A stretch of 64,000 bases of DNA from Pirellulales bacterium (GTDB taxonomy: Bacteria > Planctomycetota > Planctomycetia > Pirellulales > UBA1268), in assembly GCA_044336985.1 (NCBI GenBank), contig JBIIOK010000001.1, positions 4,998 through 68,997 of the forward strand, in the 5' to 3' direction. The notes beneath the pieces are model-generated. The model searched no databases, was not told where the DNA came from, and saw only the letters and a list, made by a program, of their open reading frames with translations. Below, in pieces: positions 43,288-52,082 of the stretch. The translations under genes and the position numbers were made by a program. Positions within the stretch are counted from its first letter, which is position 1, and every line of letters starts with the position of its first letter.

Positions 43288-44532
43288 ATGCCTGCCATGA
43301 GTCTGCCTCTCCTTCGCGCCTCCGAGCATCTTCACGACGTCCGCTACGAGATCCGCGGTGCGCTCGCCCGCCGCGCCGAGCAGCTCGAGCGGGAGGGTCA
43401 CGAGATCATCAAGCTCAACATCGGCAATCCCGGCGCCTTCGGGTTTCGGATGCCGGGCTCGATGCGGGTGGCCGTCGTTGAAAACCTCCACCAGGCCGAT
43501 CCCTACTCGCACCAGAAGGGGATCTTCGCGGCCCGTGAGGCGGTCGTCATGCAGCAGCAGAGCCGCGGCGTGATGGACGTGACCGCCGACGACGTCTTCA
43601 TCGGCAACGGCGTGTCGGAATTGATCATGCTCGCGATGCGGGCGCTCCTGAACCCCGGTGACGAGGTGCTCGTGCCGAGCCCCGACTACCCGCTCTGGAC
43701 GGCGAGCGTCGTGATCCACGGCGCGAAGGCGGTGCACTACCCCTGCCGGCCCGAGCGGGGCTTCGTGCCCGACCCGGTCGAGGTGGAGCGGCTGATCACG
43801 CCGCGCACCCGCGCGCTCGTCGTGATCAATCCCAACAACCCCACCGGCGCCGTGTATCCGCGGCAGACGCTCGCCGCCCTCGCCGACATCGCGCGGCAGC
43901 GGCACCTCGTCTTCTGCGCCGACGAGATCTACGACGAGATGCTCTACGACGGCGCCGAGTTCGTGCCGGCGGCGAGCCTCGACGGCTCGCTCCTCTGCCT
44001 CACGTTTGGCGGCCTGAGCAAGGTCTACCGGGCCTGCGGCCTGCGGGTGGGCTGGCTCGTCTTCTCGGGCGAGCGGGAGCATGCCCGCGACTACATCCAG
44101 GCCGTGGAGCTCCTGGCCAGCCTGCGGCTCTGCTCCAACGTGCCCGGGCAATACGCCGTGCAGACGGCGCTCGGCGGCCATCAATCGATCCTCGACCTCA
44201 CGAAGCCCGGCGGGCGGCTGCATGCGACGCGGGCCGCGATGCTCGAGGCGGTGCGGCGGAGCAAGTATCTCTCCGTCATGCCGCCGCAGGGGGCGATGTA
44301 TGCCTTCGTGAAGGTGCATGCCGACCGGCTGCCAGGCGGCGTCGACGGATTCGACGACCAGGCCTTCGCGCTCGATCTCTTGGAGCGGAAGCACGTGCTC
44401 GTGGCCCCGGGGTCGAGCTTCAACGTGCCGTATCGCGACCACTTCCGCGTCACGCTCCTGCCCGACGCGGAGCAGATGGCCGACGTCTTCGGCCGGATCG
44501 AGTCGCTGCTCGACGAATACGCCGCGAGGTAG
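43288..44532 (+). CDS. alaA: Alanine/glutamate-pyruvate aminotransferase (PLP-dependent, AlaA/YfbQ-like)
   Basis: Colinear with E. coli AlaA as I remember it: VRYEIRGALARRAEQLEREGHEIIKLNIGNPGAFGF, GNGVSELI, LVPSPDYPLWTA, INPNNPTGAVY, ADEIYD, GLSKVYRACGLRVGW, RLCSNVPGQYAVQTALGG, HFRVTLLP. The ATGs at 43288 or 43297 are chosen over the longer track ORF (43156). Confidence 0.9.
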   Translation: MPAMSLPLLRASEHLHDVRYEIRGALARRAEQLEREGHEIIKLNIGNPGAFGFRMPGSMRVAVVENLHQADPYSHQKGIFAAREAVVMQQQSRGVMDVTADDVFIGNGVSELIMLAMRALLNPGDEVLVPSPDYPLWTASVVIHGAKAVHYPCRPERGFVPDPVEVERLITPRTRALVVINPNNPTGAVYPRQTLAALADIARQRHLVFCADEIYDEMLYDGAEFVPAASLDGSLLCLTFGGLSKVYRACGLRVGWLVFSGEREHARDYIQAVELLASLRLCSNVPGQYAVQTALGGHQSILDLTKPGGRLHATRAAMLEAVRRSKYLSVMPPQGAMYAFVKVHADRLPGGVDGFDDQAFALDLLERKHVLVAPGSSFNVPYRDHFRVTLLPDAEQMADVFGRIESLLDEYAAR

Positions 44533-44569
44533 CGGCCCAAGCGCCGTTTCCCTCCCGAAGGACCGCCCC

Positions 44570-44776
44570 ATGGCCGAGAGTTCGCCTCAGCAGCGCTTTG
44601 AATCCCTCAAGCTCACGCTTCCCCCCGCGCCCAAGCCCGTCGGCGTCTACAAGCCGGCGCTCATCGTGGGCAAGCATCTCTCTGTGTCGGGCCACGGGCC
44701 GCGGGGTCGTTACACTTGTCGGGCTCCGGAGTCGTCGGATGATCCTAAGGTTTCGGCTGCCCAAAGGACTTTCGCC
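44570..44776 (+). pseudogene. RidA/YjgF-family gene remnant (N-terminal ~45 codons only), read through in frame into the next gene
   Basis: MAESSPQQRFESLKLTLPPAPKPVGVYKPALIVGKHLSVSGHGP is the typical RidA-family N-terminus. After that the frame gives RGRYTCRAPESSDDPKVSAAQRTFA with no family similarity in any frame. About 110 expected residues are missing. Confidence 0.6.
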
Positions 44777-46192
44777 ATGCTACGCAATTCGTCTCCCCGG
44801 GCTTTCGCGGCGATCTCGTGCGCCGCGTGCCTGTCGCTTGCCACAACCGCGGTCGCGGCCGATGCTGTTCCGCCGCAGACCCGCTGGGAGCAACCGCACG
44901 AGCCGATGCCGATCGTGGACACGGAAGCCGCCGCGAAGCCGGATGCGCCCCCGGCCTTCACCGTGCCGGCCGGATTCGCCGTCGACCGTCTCTTCGTCGT
45001 GCCGCAGGAGTCGCTTGGCTCGTGGGTCTGCCTCGCCACCGATCCCAAGGGGCAGATCATCGCCAGCGACCAAGGGGGCCGGGGACTCGTGCGGATCACG
45101 CCCGCGCCGCTCGACGGGTCCGCGACCACCGTCGTCGAAAAGATCCCGGCTGACATCTCCGGTGCCCAAGGTCTGCTCTGGGCGTTTGACGCGCTTTACG
45201 TCGTCCGCAACGGAGGGGTGTCGGTCCTCTACCGCGTCACGGATTCCGACGGCGACGACAGGCTCGACAAGGTCGAAAAGCTCCGCGGGTTCGCCGGGGG
45301 CGGCGAGCACGGCCCGCATGCGCTGCGGCTCTCCCCCGATGGCCAGCGGCTCTTCGTCATCTGCGGCAACCACACGAAACTGCCCTTCGCGATCGAGGAT
45401 CTCACGCCGCCGCAAACCATGGGGGGCATCCGCGGCGATCAACGGCGGGTCAAGCTGCCGGCCGACGGCACGAGCCGCCTGCCCGCCAATTGGGACGAAG
45501 ACCAGATCATCACCCGAATGTGGGACTCCAACGGCCACGCCGCCGGCATCCTCGCGCCGGGCGGCTACGTGGCGAGCACCGACCGCGACGGCAAGGCCTG
45601 GGAGGTGTGGAGCGGTGGCTACCGCAATCCCTACGACATGGCCTTCAACGCCGACGGCGAGCTATTCGTCTGCGACTGGACGTTCGGCACGATGTATGCG
45701 ATCCACCTCGAGCCCGCGGGGGCGACCTACAGGGGCGTGAAGGAGGAGTTTCTCGCGCGCACGCCCTTGCCGCTCACCGACATGGTGGTGGGAGCGGATG
45801 GGGCGATCTACTTCGCCGTGGGCGGCCGCGGCGGCCAGAGCGAGCTTTACCGGGTGCGGTACGAGGGGAACGAATCGACCGCGCCGGTCGATGCCCGCGA
45901 CACGACGGCCGCTCGGGAACGTAACGTGCGGCACGAACTGGAATCGCTGCACCGGCTGGCCGACGATCCGGCCCCCGAGACGCCCGACCAGATCACGATC
46001 GTGACCGACCCGGAAGACGCGACGAAGTTCGTGCAGGTGCCGCGGACCGACGTCGAGGAGATCGTGGCGGCCAGCGAGTCGCTCATGCCAAAGGGTCTGC
46101 TCGACCAGCTGAATGAAACCGAGGTGCTCGACCTCATCGCCTACACGCTCTCACGCGGCAGCAGGCACGGCCCGCGATTCAAGAAGGACTGA
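44777..46192 (+). CDS. Pirellula/Verrucomicrobium-type membrane-bound-dehydrogenase-domain protein, unusually short (apparent internal deletions; no heme-binding CxxCH)
   Basis: The internal ATG of track ORF 44318..46192 gives the signal peptide MLRNSSPRAFAAISCAACLSLATTAVAADA. Family blocks: FTVPAGFAVDRLF, VTDSDGDDRLDKV, GGEHGPHALRLSPDG, NWDEDQIITRMWDSNGHAAG, GYRNPYDMAFNADGELF, DWTFGTMYAIHLEPAGATY, GGRGGQSELYRVRYEG. The C-terminal tail SESLMPKGLLDQLNETEVLDLIAYTLS is present. The protein is 471 aa, whereas I remember this family at roughly 1000 aa. Confidence 0.65.
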   Translation: MLRNSSPRAFAAISCAACLSLATTAVAADAVPPQTRWEQPHEPMPIVDTEAAAKPDAPPAFTVPAGFAVDRLFVVPQESLGSWVCLATDPKGQIIASDQGGRGLVRITPAPLDGSATTVVEKIPADISGAQGLLWAFDALYVVRNGGVSVLYRVTDSDGDDRLDKVEKLRGFAGGGEHGPHALRLSPDGQRLFVICGNHTKLPFAIEDLTPPQTMGGIRGDQRRVKLPADGTSRLPANWDEDQIITRMWDSNGHAAGILAPGGYVASTDRDGKAWEVWSGGYRNPYDMAFNADGELFVCDWTFGTMYAIHLEPAGATYRGVKEEFLARTPLPLTDMVVGADGAIYFAVGGRGGQSELYRVRYEGNESTAPVDARDTTAARERNVRHELESLHRLADDPAPETPDQITIVTDPEDATKFVQVPRTDVEEIVAASESLMPKGLLDQLNETEVLDLIAYTLSRGSRHGPRFKKD

Positions 46193-46199
46193 AGTTGCC

Positions 46200-46655
46200 A
46201 TGGTTCTTGACTCGCTTCCGCTCTGGCAGCGCTATGCCGCGCTCAATCCGCGGCTCACCCGCGGCTTCGAGTTCCTCGAGCAGCTTTCGCCCGACGTGGC
46301 CGTCGGCCGCCACGAGATCGACGGCGACTCGGTCTACGCGCTCGTGCAGCGGTATCACACCCGGCCGGTCGAGCAGATGCAGTTCGAGGCCCACCGCCGC
46401 TACATCGACATCCAATATCTCGCGAGCGGCCGCGAGGTGATCCAGTGGGCGCCGCTTGCAAGCCTGGCGGCTGCCACGAAGCCCTACGACGCCGTGACCG
46501 ACGCGGCGCTCTTCGCGCTGACGCCCGACATGCTGCCGTTGCAGCTGCAGGCGGGGCAGTTTGCGATCCTCTTTCCGGACGACGCCCATGCGCCCTGCTG
46601 CAGCTGGGGCGATCCCGCCGAGGTGCTCAAGGTGGTGGTCAAGGTCGAGGTCTAA
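46200..46655 (+). CDS. YhcH/YjgK/YiaL-family (DUF386) protein
   Basis: Internal ATG of track ORF 46113..46655. Sequence: GRHEIDGDSVYALVQRYHTRPVEQMQFEAHRRYIDIQYLASGRE...GQFAILFPDDAHAPC, the typical cupin-like YhcH signature. Confidence 0.8.
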   Translation: MVLDSLPLWQRYAALNPRLTRGFEFLEQLSPDVAVGRHEIDGDSVYALVQRYHTRPVEQMQFEAHRRYIDIQYLASGREVIQWAPLASLAAATKPYDAVTDAALFALTPDMLPLQLQAGQFAILFPDDAHAPCCSWGDPAEVLKVVVKVEV

Positions 46656-46679
46656 CATTGTCGGCAGAGGAGATGTGGC

Positions 46680-48701
46680 ATGCGGCGCGATGATCGGATT
46701 CTGTTTGCAGTGACGAGGATCCTGACGGCCTTCGCGATCGCGGCCTGCTGGTCGGGCGGCGAGCCCCGCGCCGCCGATGCCAACTACGACGAAGCCGCGG
46801 TCCGCACGTTCACGCTGCCGGATGTCCTGGCGGGCCCCAATGGCAAGCCCGCCGCCTCGCCCGAGGATTGGAAGAATCGCTGCCGGCCGCACCAGTTCGC
46901 GCTGCTCGAAGCCAACGTCTATGGACGGCGGCTGCCGGCGGTTCCGGTGCAGACCGTTGGCGTGGTCGAGCGGACCGAAGTGGCGCTCGCCGGCGACATC
47001 AAGGCCACGCGGGTGCAGGCGCGGCTGCGGCTCGGTGAGAAAGCCGACGCGCCGGTGATCGATGTGCTTCTCTATCTGCCGAAGAGCCCGCGGCCCGCCC
47101 CCGTCTTCCTCAACCTGAATTTCCGGGGCAACCAGTCGGAGCACCCCGATCCCGGGATTCGCATCACCGACCGCTGGGTGCAAGACGACCCCTCGGCCCG
47201 CGTTGAAAATAACCGTGCCACCGAGCGCTCCCGCGGCACGACGGCCCAGCGCTGGCCCGTCGAGCAGATGCTCGAACGGGGCTATTGCATGGCCACGGCC
47301 TATTACGGCGATCTCTTCCCCGACCGTGCCGATGGCCGAAACAACAGCGTCCTCGCGTCGCTCGGGCGGCCGGTCTCTGGCGACTTGGCGCCCGATGAGC
47401 CGGGCGCGATCGCCGCCTGGGCCTGGGGGCTCTCGCGGATACTCGACTGGCTCGTCACGCTGCCGGAGGTCGATCGCGAGAAGGTGATCGTGGTGGGCCA
47501 TTCGCGGCTCGGCAAGACGGCCCTCTGGGCCGGCGCGTGCGACGAGCGGTTTGCGATGGTGGTCTCCAATGAATCCGGCTGCGGCGGCGCGGCACTCTCC
47601 CGCCGCAACTTCGGCGAGACCATCGACGTGATCACGAAGCGGTTTCCGCACTGGTTCTGCCCCGCCTTCCCGACGTTTGCCAACCGCGAGCTCGATCTCC
47701 CCTGCGACCAGCACACGCTCCTGGCGATGACCGCGCCGCGGCCGCTCTATGTGGCAAGCGCTGCCGAGGATCACTGGGCCGACCCGCGGGGCGAGTTTCT
47801 TTCGGCCGTCGCGGCGTCGCCGGTCTGGAAGCTCTTCGGCCGCGAGGGGCTCGGCACGGCCGAATGGCCCGCTCCCGACAAGCCCGTGGGCCGGCAGGTG
47901 GGCTATCACGTGCGGAGTGGCCGCCACGACCTCATCGATTACGACTGGCAGCGGTTCGCCGACTTCGCCGATCGCACGATCCTCGGCCGCGAGCCCCCCG
48001 CCGCCGACGGCCATCCGGCCTTCCATCCGCAGCAGTCGCCGCTGCCGAAGCAGCCGCCGGCCGGCGCGATCGTGCTCTTCGGCGACGGCAGCGAGCCGCC
48101 GCGGTTCACGAGCATGGCGGGTGGGCCGATCGACTGGAAGGTGGAGAACGGCGAACTCGTGGTCACGACGACGGACGGTTGCGTTAACCACATCGTCTCC
48201 ACGGCGATGTTCCGGGATGCCGACATCCACGCCGAATTCATGGTCTCGCCGCAGGCCAACGGCAATAGCGGCCTCTATCTACACGGCCACTACGAGATGC
48301 AGATCTACGATTCATGCGGCGTCGAGCCGCCCACCGCTCAAGACGAGGGCGGGCTCTATCGGTTTTCGAAGCCGATCGTGAATGCATCGCGGCCCGCAGG
48401 CGAGTGGCAGGTGTATGACATCCGCTTCATCGCACCGCGCCGCGATGCCACGGGCGCGATCGTGAAGCCGGGCAGCGTAACGGCCTGGCTCAACGGCAAT
48501 CTCGTGCAGAACGGCCTCACGTTCACCGAGCCGCGATCCCCCTACGCGCCCTACGAGCATGGCGTGACCGAGTTTCTCAAGGGCATGAAGAAGCAACTGC
48601 TCGCCACGGGCCGTGGACCGCTTTTCCTGCAGGACCACGGCAGCCCGACCCACTATCGCAACGTCTGGGTGAAGCCGCTCGACGACCAGCCACCAAGGTG
48701 A
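46680..48701 (+). CDS. CE15 glucuronoyl esterase fused to a C-terminal DUF1080 (3-keto-disaccharide-hydrolase-like) domain
   Basis: 673 aa with a signal or lipoprotein-like N-terminus. CE15 motifs: VIVVGHSRLGKTALWAGACDERFAMVVSNESGCGGAAL (G-x-S-R-x-G nucleophile) and HWADPRGEF. DUF1080 part: WKVENGELVV...NSGLYLHGHYEMQIYDS...EWQVYDIRF...AWLNGNLVQ...LFLQDHGSPTHYRNVWVKPL. Confidence 0.85.
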   Translation: MRRDDRILFAVTRILTAFAIAACWSGGEPRAADANYDEAAVRTFTLPDVLAGPNGKPAASPEDWKNRCRPHQFALLEANVYGRRLPAVPVQTVGVVERTEVALAGDIKATRVQARLRLGEKADAPVIDVLLYLPKSPRPAPVFLNLNFRGNQSEHPDPGIRITDRWVQDDPSARVENNRATERSRGTTAQRWPVEQMLERGYCMATAYYGDLFPDRADGRNNSVLASLGRPVSGDLAPDEPGAIAAWAWGLSRILDWLVTLPEVDREKVIVVGHSRLGKTALWAGACDERFAMVVSNESGCGGAALSRRNFGETIDVITKRFPHWFCPAFPTFANRELDLPCDQHTLLAMTAPRPLYVASAAEDHWADPRGEFLSAVAASPVWKLFGREGLGTAEWPAPDKPVGRQVGYHVRSGRHDLIDYDWQRFADFADRTILGREPPAADGHPAFHPQQSPLPKQPPAGAIVLFGDGSEPPRFTSMAGGPIDWKVENGELVVTTTDGCVNHIVSTAMFRDADIHAEFMVSPQANGNSGLYLHGHYEMQIYDSCGVEPPTAQDEGGLYRFSKPIVNASRPAGEWQVYDIRFIAPRRDATGAIVKPGSVTAWLNGNLVQNGLTFTEPRSPYAPYEHGVTEFLKGMKKQLLATGRGPLFLQDHGSPTHYRNVWVKPLDDQPPR

Positions 48702-48716
48702 GAGCCACCTTTCGGC

Positions 48717-49886
48717 TCAAAGCCCCAGTTCGGAGAGCCCTTCCTGCCAGGGCACCGCGAGCACGTCGCCGATCTGCCGACGGAGCGGATCGCGCGACAG
48801 GCAGAGCGGCATCGCCCCCGGGAAATCGGGCAGGAACCGCTGTAGGTCGCGGACATGACGAGCCTCGACCCGATCGGTGGACTTGATCTCCACGAGGGCG
48901 GGCGGCCGCCCGGGACGCTCCACGATCAGGTCGATCTCCGCATCGTCCTTCGTGCGTAGGTAATAGAACCGGAAATCGCTCCGGGCGTAGTCGGCGGCCC
49001 GGATGATTTCCAGAATCACGAAATGCTCGAACGCCCGACCGAAACCACCGGATCGCGGCACGATGTCGACCGTCAGCGTGCCCGCGAGCGCCCGGGCGAC
49101 GCCCGGATCGAACCACCAGAATTTCGGCGCTTGCCGCTGCCGCTTACGGACGGAAGCATGCCAGGGCTCCAGCATGAAGCCGAGCAGCGTGTCTTCGAGA
49201 ATCTCGAAATACGAGCCGACGGTCTTGTGATCGACGCCCACGTCGCGGGCGATGTTGGAGAAGTTGATGATCTCGCCGTTGCACTGGGCGGCCACCTCCA
49301 GGAACCGGCGAAAGGGGTCGAGCCGGCGGATGAGGTGCTCGCCCCAGACCTCCTCTCGCAGGTAGGTGCGGGCATAGGCACGGAGGAATTCGGCGCGGTC
49401 GCCATCCGTATTGAACGCGAGGGTGGCCGGGAGCGTGCCGAATCGCAGGCACTGAACCAGGTCGAAGGCGGTGCCGAGTTCGCGGGCCGTTAATGGAAAG
49501 AGGTGGTAGACGAAGGCACGGCCGGCGAGCAGGTTTACGGCCCCGCGCTTCAGCCTGCGGGCGCTCGAGCCGGTCATCGCGAACCGCACGCGGCGGTTCT
49601 TCCCGAGCGCCCCCTCGATGCAGCCATGCACGACATCGAGGAGCGCCGGCACCTTCTGGATCTCGTCGATCACGACCCAGTCGGCCGTCGGATTCGCCGC
49701 GATGAGTTCGCGCAGCGACGACGGCTGCAGGCTGTAGCGGTGCTCCGTTTCCGGGTCGAGCAGGTCGACCCAGAGCGTGGGTCGGCCGGCGAACCGTTCG
49801 CGGAGCAACGTCGACTTGCCGGAGCCGCGGGGGCCGAGGAGCAGAAAACTGCTGGATTCGCCGGTGGAAATAACTCTTGGGAACAT
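48717..49886 (-). CDS. AAA+ ATPase, AAA_14/DUF4143 family
   Basis: 389 aa with an ATG start. Walker A: LLLGPRGSGKSTLL. Walker B: WVVIDEIQKVP. The C-terminal part, ...FENFVILE-like FEHFVILEIIRA, fits DUF4143. Convergent with the CE15 gene; the stops are 15 nt apart. Confidence 0.85.
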   Translation of the reverse strand: MFPRVISTGESSSFLLLGPRGSGKSTLLRERFAGRPTLWVDLLDPETEHRYSLQPSSLRELIAANPTADWVVIDEIQKVPALLDVVHGCIEGALGKNRRVRFAMTGSSARRLKRGAVNLLAGRAFVYHLFPLTARELGTAFDLVQCLRFGTLPATLAFNTDGDRAEFLRAYARTYLREEVWGEHLIRRLDPFRRFLEVAAQCNGEIINFSNIARDVGVDHKTVGSYFEILEDTLLGFMLEPWHASVRKRQRQAPKFWWFDPGVARALAGTLTVDIVPRSGGFGRAFEHFVILEIIRAADYARSDFRFYYLRTKDDAEIDLIVERPGRPPALVEIKSTDRVEARHVRDLQRFLPDFPGAMPLCLSRDPLRRQIGDVLAVPWQEGLSELGL

Positions 49887-50045
49887 GCTCCCAGATTGTA
49901 CGCCGTTTCGGGAGTATGGTCAAAAGAAGCCCTCAGCAACCGTCGATGCCACATGACGGCATCGTCTCGCCAGTGATTCTCCTCCGGCGTTCGAACAAGT
50001 AGCCTGTGGGCCCGATAGGGACATCGGGGTTCCGGAGTCGATGTG

Positions 50046-51455
50046 ATGGCGCACCATGTGACCACTTCCCGCCGCCGCGGATTCCACGAAGACACCGCCG
50101 CGATCGTCGTCGGCGGCCTGCTCGTCGCCCTGGCTTTGGCGCTGGGGTGGATTGCCCGTCCGGCCGAGAATGCAGGCAGCCGCAAGGCCTTTCCCAAGGG
50201 CTGGCCGAATCCCCTCGCGGCGACCATCGACAAGCCGCAGACGTGGGATGACTCACCCGGGCGGGCGTTTTTCGACAAGAAAAAGCAGCCGGTGACAGTG
50301 CCGATTCTCCTGGGCATGGCGTGGGTCGTCGGCGTGCTCGCCTGCGGCACCGCCCTTCGCGGCGGGAGCGTGCCTTCGGTGCTTCCCGGAGCAGCGGCGC
50401 TTGCGGCGCTCGGCGGCCTTGCCTACCTGCTCGCGGCGCAGAAACTCGTCAACCACTACAACCTCGAATATCCCCTTTGGGCCCTCCTCGTCGGCCTCGT
50501 CATCGGCAACACCGTCGGCGCGCCGCGCTGGCTCGAACCGGCGCTGCAGGGGGAATTCCTCATCAAGGCCGGGCTCGTGGTATTCGGCGCGGAGGTGCTC
50601 TTCAGCCGGCTTCTCGAACTGGGCCTGCCGGGGCTGCTGACGAGCTGGGTGGTGACGCCGATCGTCCTCGTGACGACCTACTGGTGTGGCGTGCACTGGA
50701 TGAAGATTCCATCGAAGTCGCTGTGCATGGTGATCTCTGCCGATATGTCGGTGTGCGGCGTCTCGGCGGCGATCGCCACCGGGGCGGCCTGCAAGGCGAA
50801 GAAGGAGGAGTTGTCGCTGGCCATCGGACTCTCGCTTTTGTTCACGGTGGCGATGATGGTGGCGATGCCGCCGTTCATCCGCTGGGCGGAGATCGACCCG
50901 ATCGTCGGCGGCGCCTGGCTCGGCGGCACGATCGACGCCACCGGCGCAGTGGTGGCGGCAGGCGAGATGCTCGGCAAGGAGATCGACGACAAGCGGCCGG
51001 CCGAAGTGGCCGCGACGGTGAAGATGATCCAGAACTCGATGATCGGGATCATCGCCTTCGCCGTCGCCGTCTATTGGGCGGGGTGGGTCGAGCGGGGCTC
51101 GTCGGGCCCGCGCACGTCGCTCGCCGTCGAAACCTGGGGCCGGTTCCCCACGTTCATCCTCGGGTTCGTGGCGGCCTCGATCGTCTGCTCGTTTCTCTTC
51201 AGCCGCTCGCCGGAGAACGCCCTCTGGGTCGATGGCGCCACGCTCTGGTTCACGTCGCGGCTGCGGGGCTGGCTGTTTTGCGTCGGCTTTGTCTGCATGG
51301 GCATGCAGACGGTGTTTCACGAGCTCGCCCCCTATCTCGCCAGCGGCCGGCCGCTCGTGCTCTACGTGCTTGGCCAGTGCCTCAACCTCGCGCTCTCGCT
51401 CGCGATGGCGAGCCTCACGTTCGGCTGGCTCTTCAGGAAGGCGGTGGAGCCGTGA
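50046..51455 (+). CDS. yeiH: YeiH/UPF0324 family putative sulfate-exporter-type membrane transporter
   Basis: The track ORF starts at GTG 50043; an ATG is at 50046. Polytopic protein: FLIKAGLVVFGAEVLFSRLLELGLPGL...MVISADMSVCGVSAAIATGAACKAKKEELSLAIGLSLLFTVAMMVAMP, characteristic of YeiH. Confidence 0.85.
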   Translation: MAHHVTTSRRRGFHEDTAAIVVGGLLVALALALGWIARPAENAGSRKAFPKGWPNPLAATIDKPQTWDDSPGRAFFDKKKQPVTVPILLGMAWVVGVLACGTALRGGSVPSVLPGAAALAALGGLAYLLAAQKLVNHYNLEYPLWALLVGLVIGNTVGAPRWLEPALQGEFLIKAGLVVFGAEVLFSRLLELGLPGLLTSWVVTPIVLVTTYWCGVHWMKIPSKSLCMVISADMSVCGVSAAIATGAACKAKKEELSLAIGLSLLFTVAMMVAMPPFIRWAEIDPIVGGAWLGGTIDATGAVVAAGEMLGKEIDDKRPAEVAATVKMIQNSMIGIIAFAVAVYWAGWVERGSSGPRTSLAVETWGRFPTFILGFVAASIVCSFLFSRSPENALWVDGATLWFTSRLRGWLFCVGFVCMGMQTVFHELAPYLASGRPLVLYVLGQCLNLALSLAMASLTFGWLFRKAVEP

Positions 51456-51943
51456 TCACTTCCCGCCTCGCCGGGCCGCTGCGGCTTATCGCGTGCACCG
51501 GCATCGTCGCCGTGGCGTGGCTCGTCGTCCTTCCCTGGTTCGGTCGTCAATCGCCGATCGAGCGACACATTCGCGTGATGGAAGAAGGGGGAGTGAATCC
51601 GGCGGCGATGGTCTACACCGAGCTCGAGCGGCTCCCGCTCCGCCCCGGCTGGATCGAGGATCACCTCGTCCTCTGGCCCTCGGAAAAGGGCACGCAGCCT
51701 TTTTTCCCACCGGCTTCCGCCGGGGGCTTTTGGTGGCCGGATCACTTCCTGCGGATGCCCAACAACACCGGGAGCGGCCGCGGACGGGCAGATCCGCTTG
51801 CGGAGCAAGCGGTCTCCTGTCGACAGGCTGAAGCCCGTCCTACCAAAGCAAAGGCCGTGCCGAACAGGATTGGGACAGTTGGGCAAAGCCGCCGGCCCGG
51901 GACGAGAAAAAATCGAGAAAATTTCACCCCGAAAAACCGTTGA
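51452..51943 (+). CDS. Hypothetical small membrane protein (extent uncertain)
   Basis: GTG start with a GTGA overlap on the yeiH stop. It is in frame inside track ORF 50321..51943. The N-terminal 75 aa look genuine (TM LIACTGIVAVAWLVVLPWF, then ...GVNPAAMVYTELERLPL). The C-terminal half is low-complexity, so the real stop or a sequence change may lie earlier. Confidence 0.35.
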   Translation: MITSRLAGPLRLIACTGIVAVAWLVVLPWFGRQSPIERHIRVMEEGGVNPAAMVYTELERLPLRPGWIEDHLVLWPSEKGTQPFFPPASAGGFWWPDHFLRMPNNTGSGRGRADPLAEQAVSCRQAEARPTKAKAVPNRIGTVGQSRRPGTRKNRENFTPKNR

Positions 51944-51956
51944 AAACGGTTTTTCG
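51930..51956. terminator. Perfect 11-bp-stem hairpin (CGAAAAACCGT-tgaaa-ACGGTTTTTCG) in an AT-rich island
   Basis: Stem arms at 51930-51940 and 51946-51956 with loop 51941-51945. The TGA ending ORF 51452..51943 sits in the loop. The stem has low GC, and the only U-run is inside the 3' arm, so this is a weak intrinsic-terminator candidate. Confidence 0.3.
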
Positions 51957-52082
51957 AGGTGGCGAGGGGGGCCGGCAAACTGTCGACAGCATGGCGGGGA
52001 GCCGATATGATAGGAATAAGTGTCGTGCGGAGGACCAGCCTGGCAACGCCGCCTCGAGCACCTGGCGCGAGGAAATGCCACT

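Noticed and set aside
25272-44571. Minus-strand and off-frame ORFs across the Tol-like operon: 25272..27467, 27367..29181, 29308..32364 (1018 aa), 33295..35178, 35269..37881 (870 aa), 39851..42388 (845 aa), 41872..44571 (899 aa) and 30309..32381.
   Set aside because: All are opposite to, or out of frame with, genes that have signal peptides, TPR units, or ExbB/ExbD/DUF4159/AlaA motifs. Their products are Arg/Pro/Gly-rich nonsense.
44318-46192. Single 624-aa protein as given by the ORF track.
   Set aside because: It is a composite. Its first 71 codons overlap alaA out of frame. Next comes a RidA N-terminal remnant, and then a separate gene with its own Met and signal peptide at 44777. It is split into a pseudogene and a CDS in the feature list.
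49980-50000. A GTTCGAA T-loop-like sequence suggesting a tRNA in the 49887-50045 intergenic region.
   Set aside because: The flanking bases do not form a T-stem, and no acceptor or anticodon arms can be drawn. This is a chance match.
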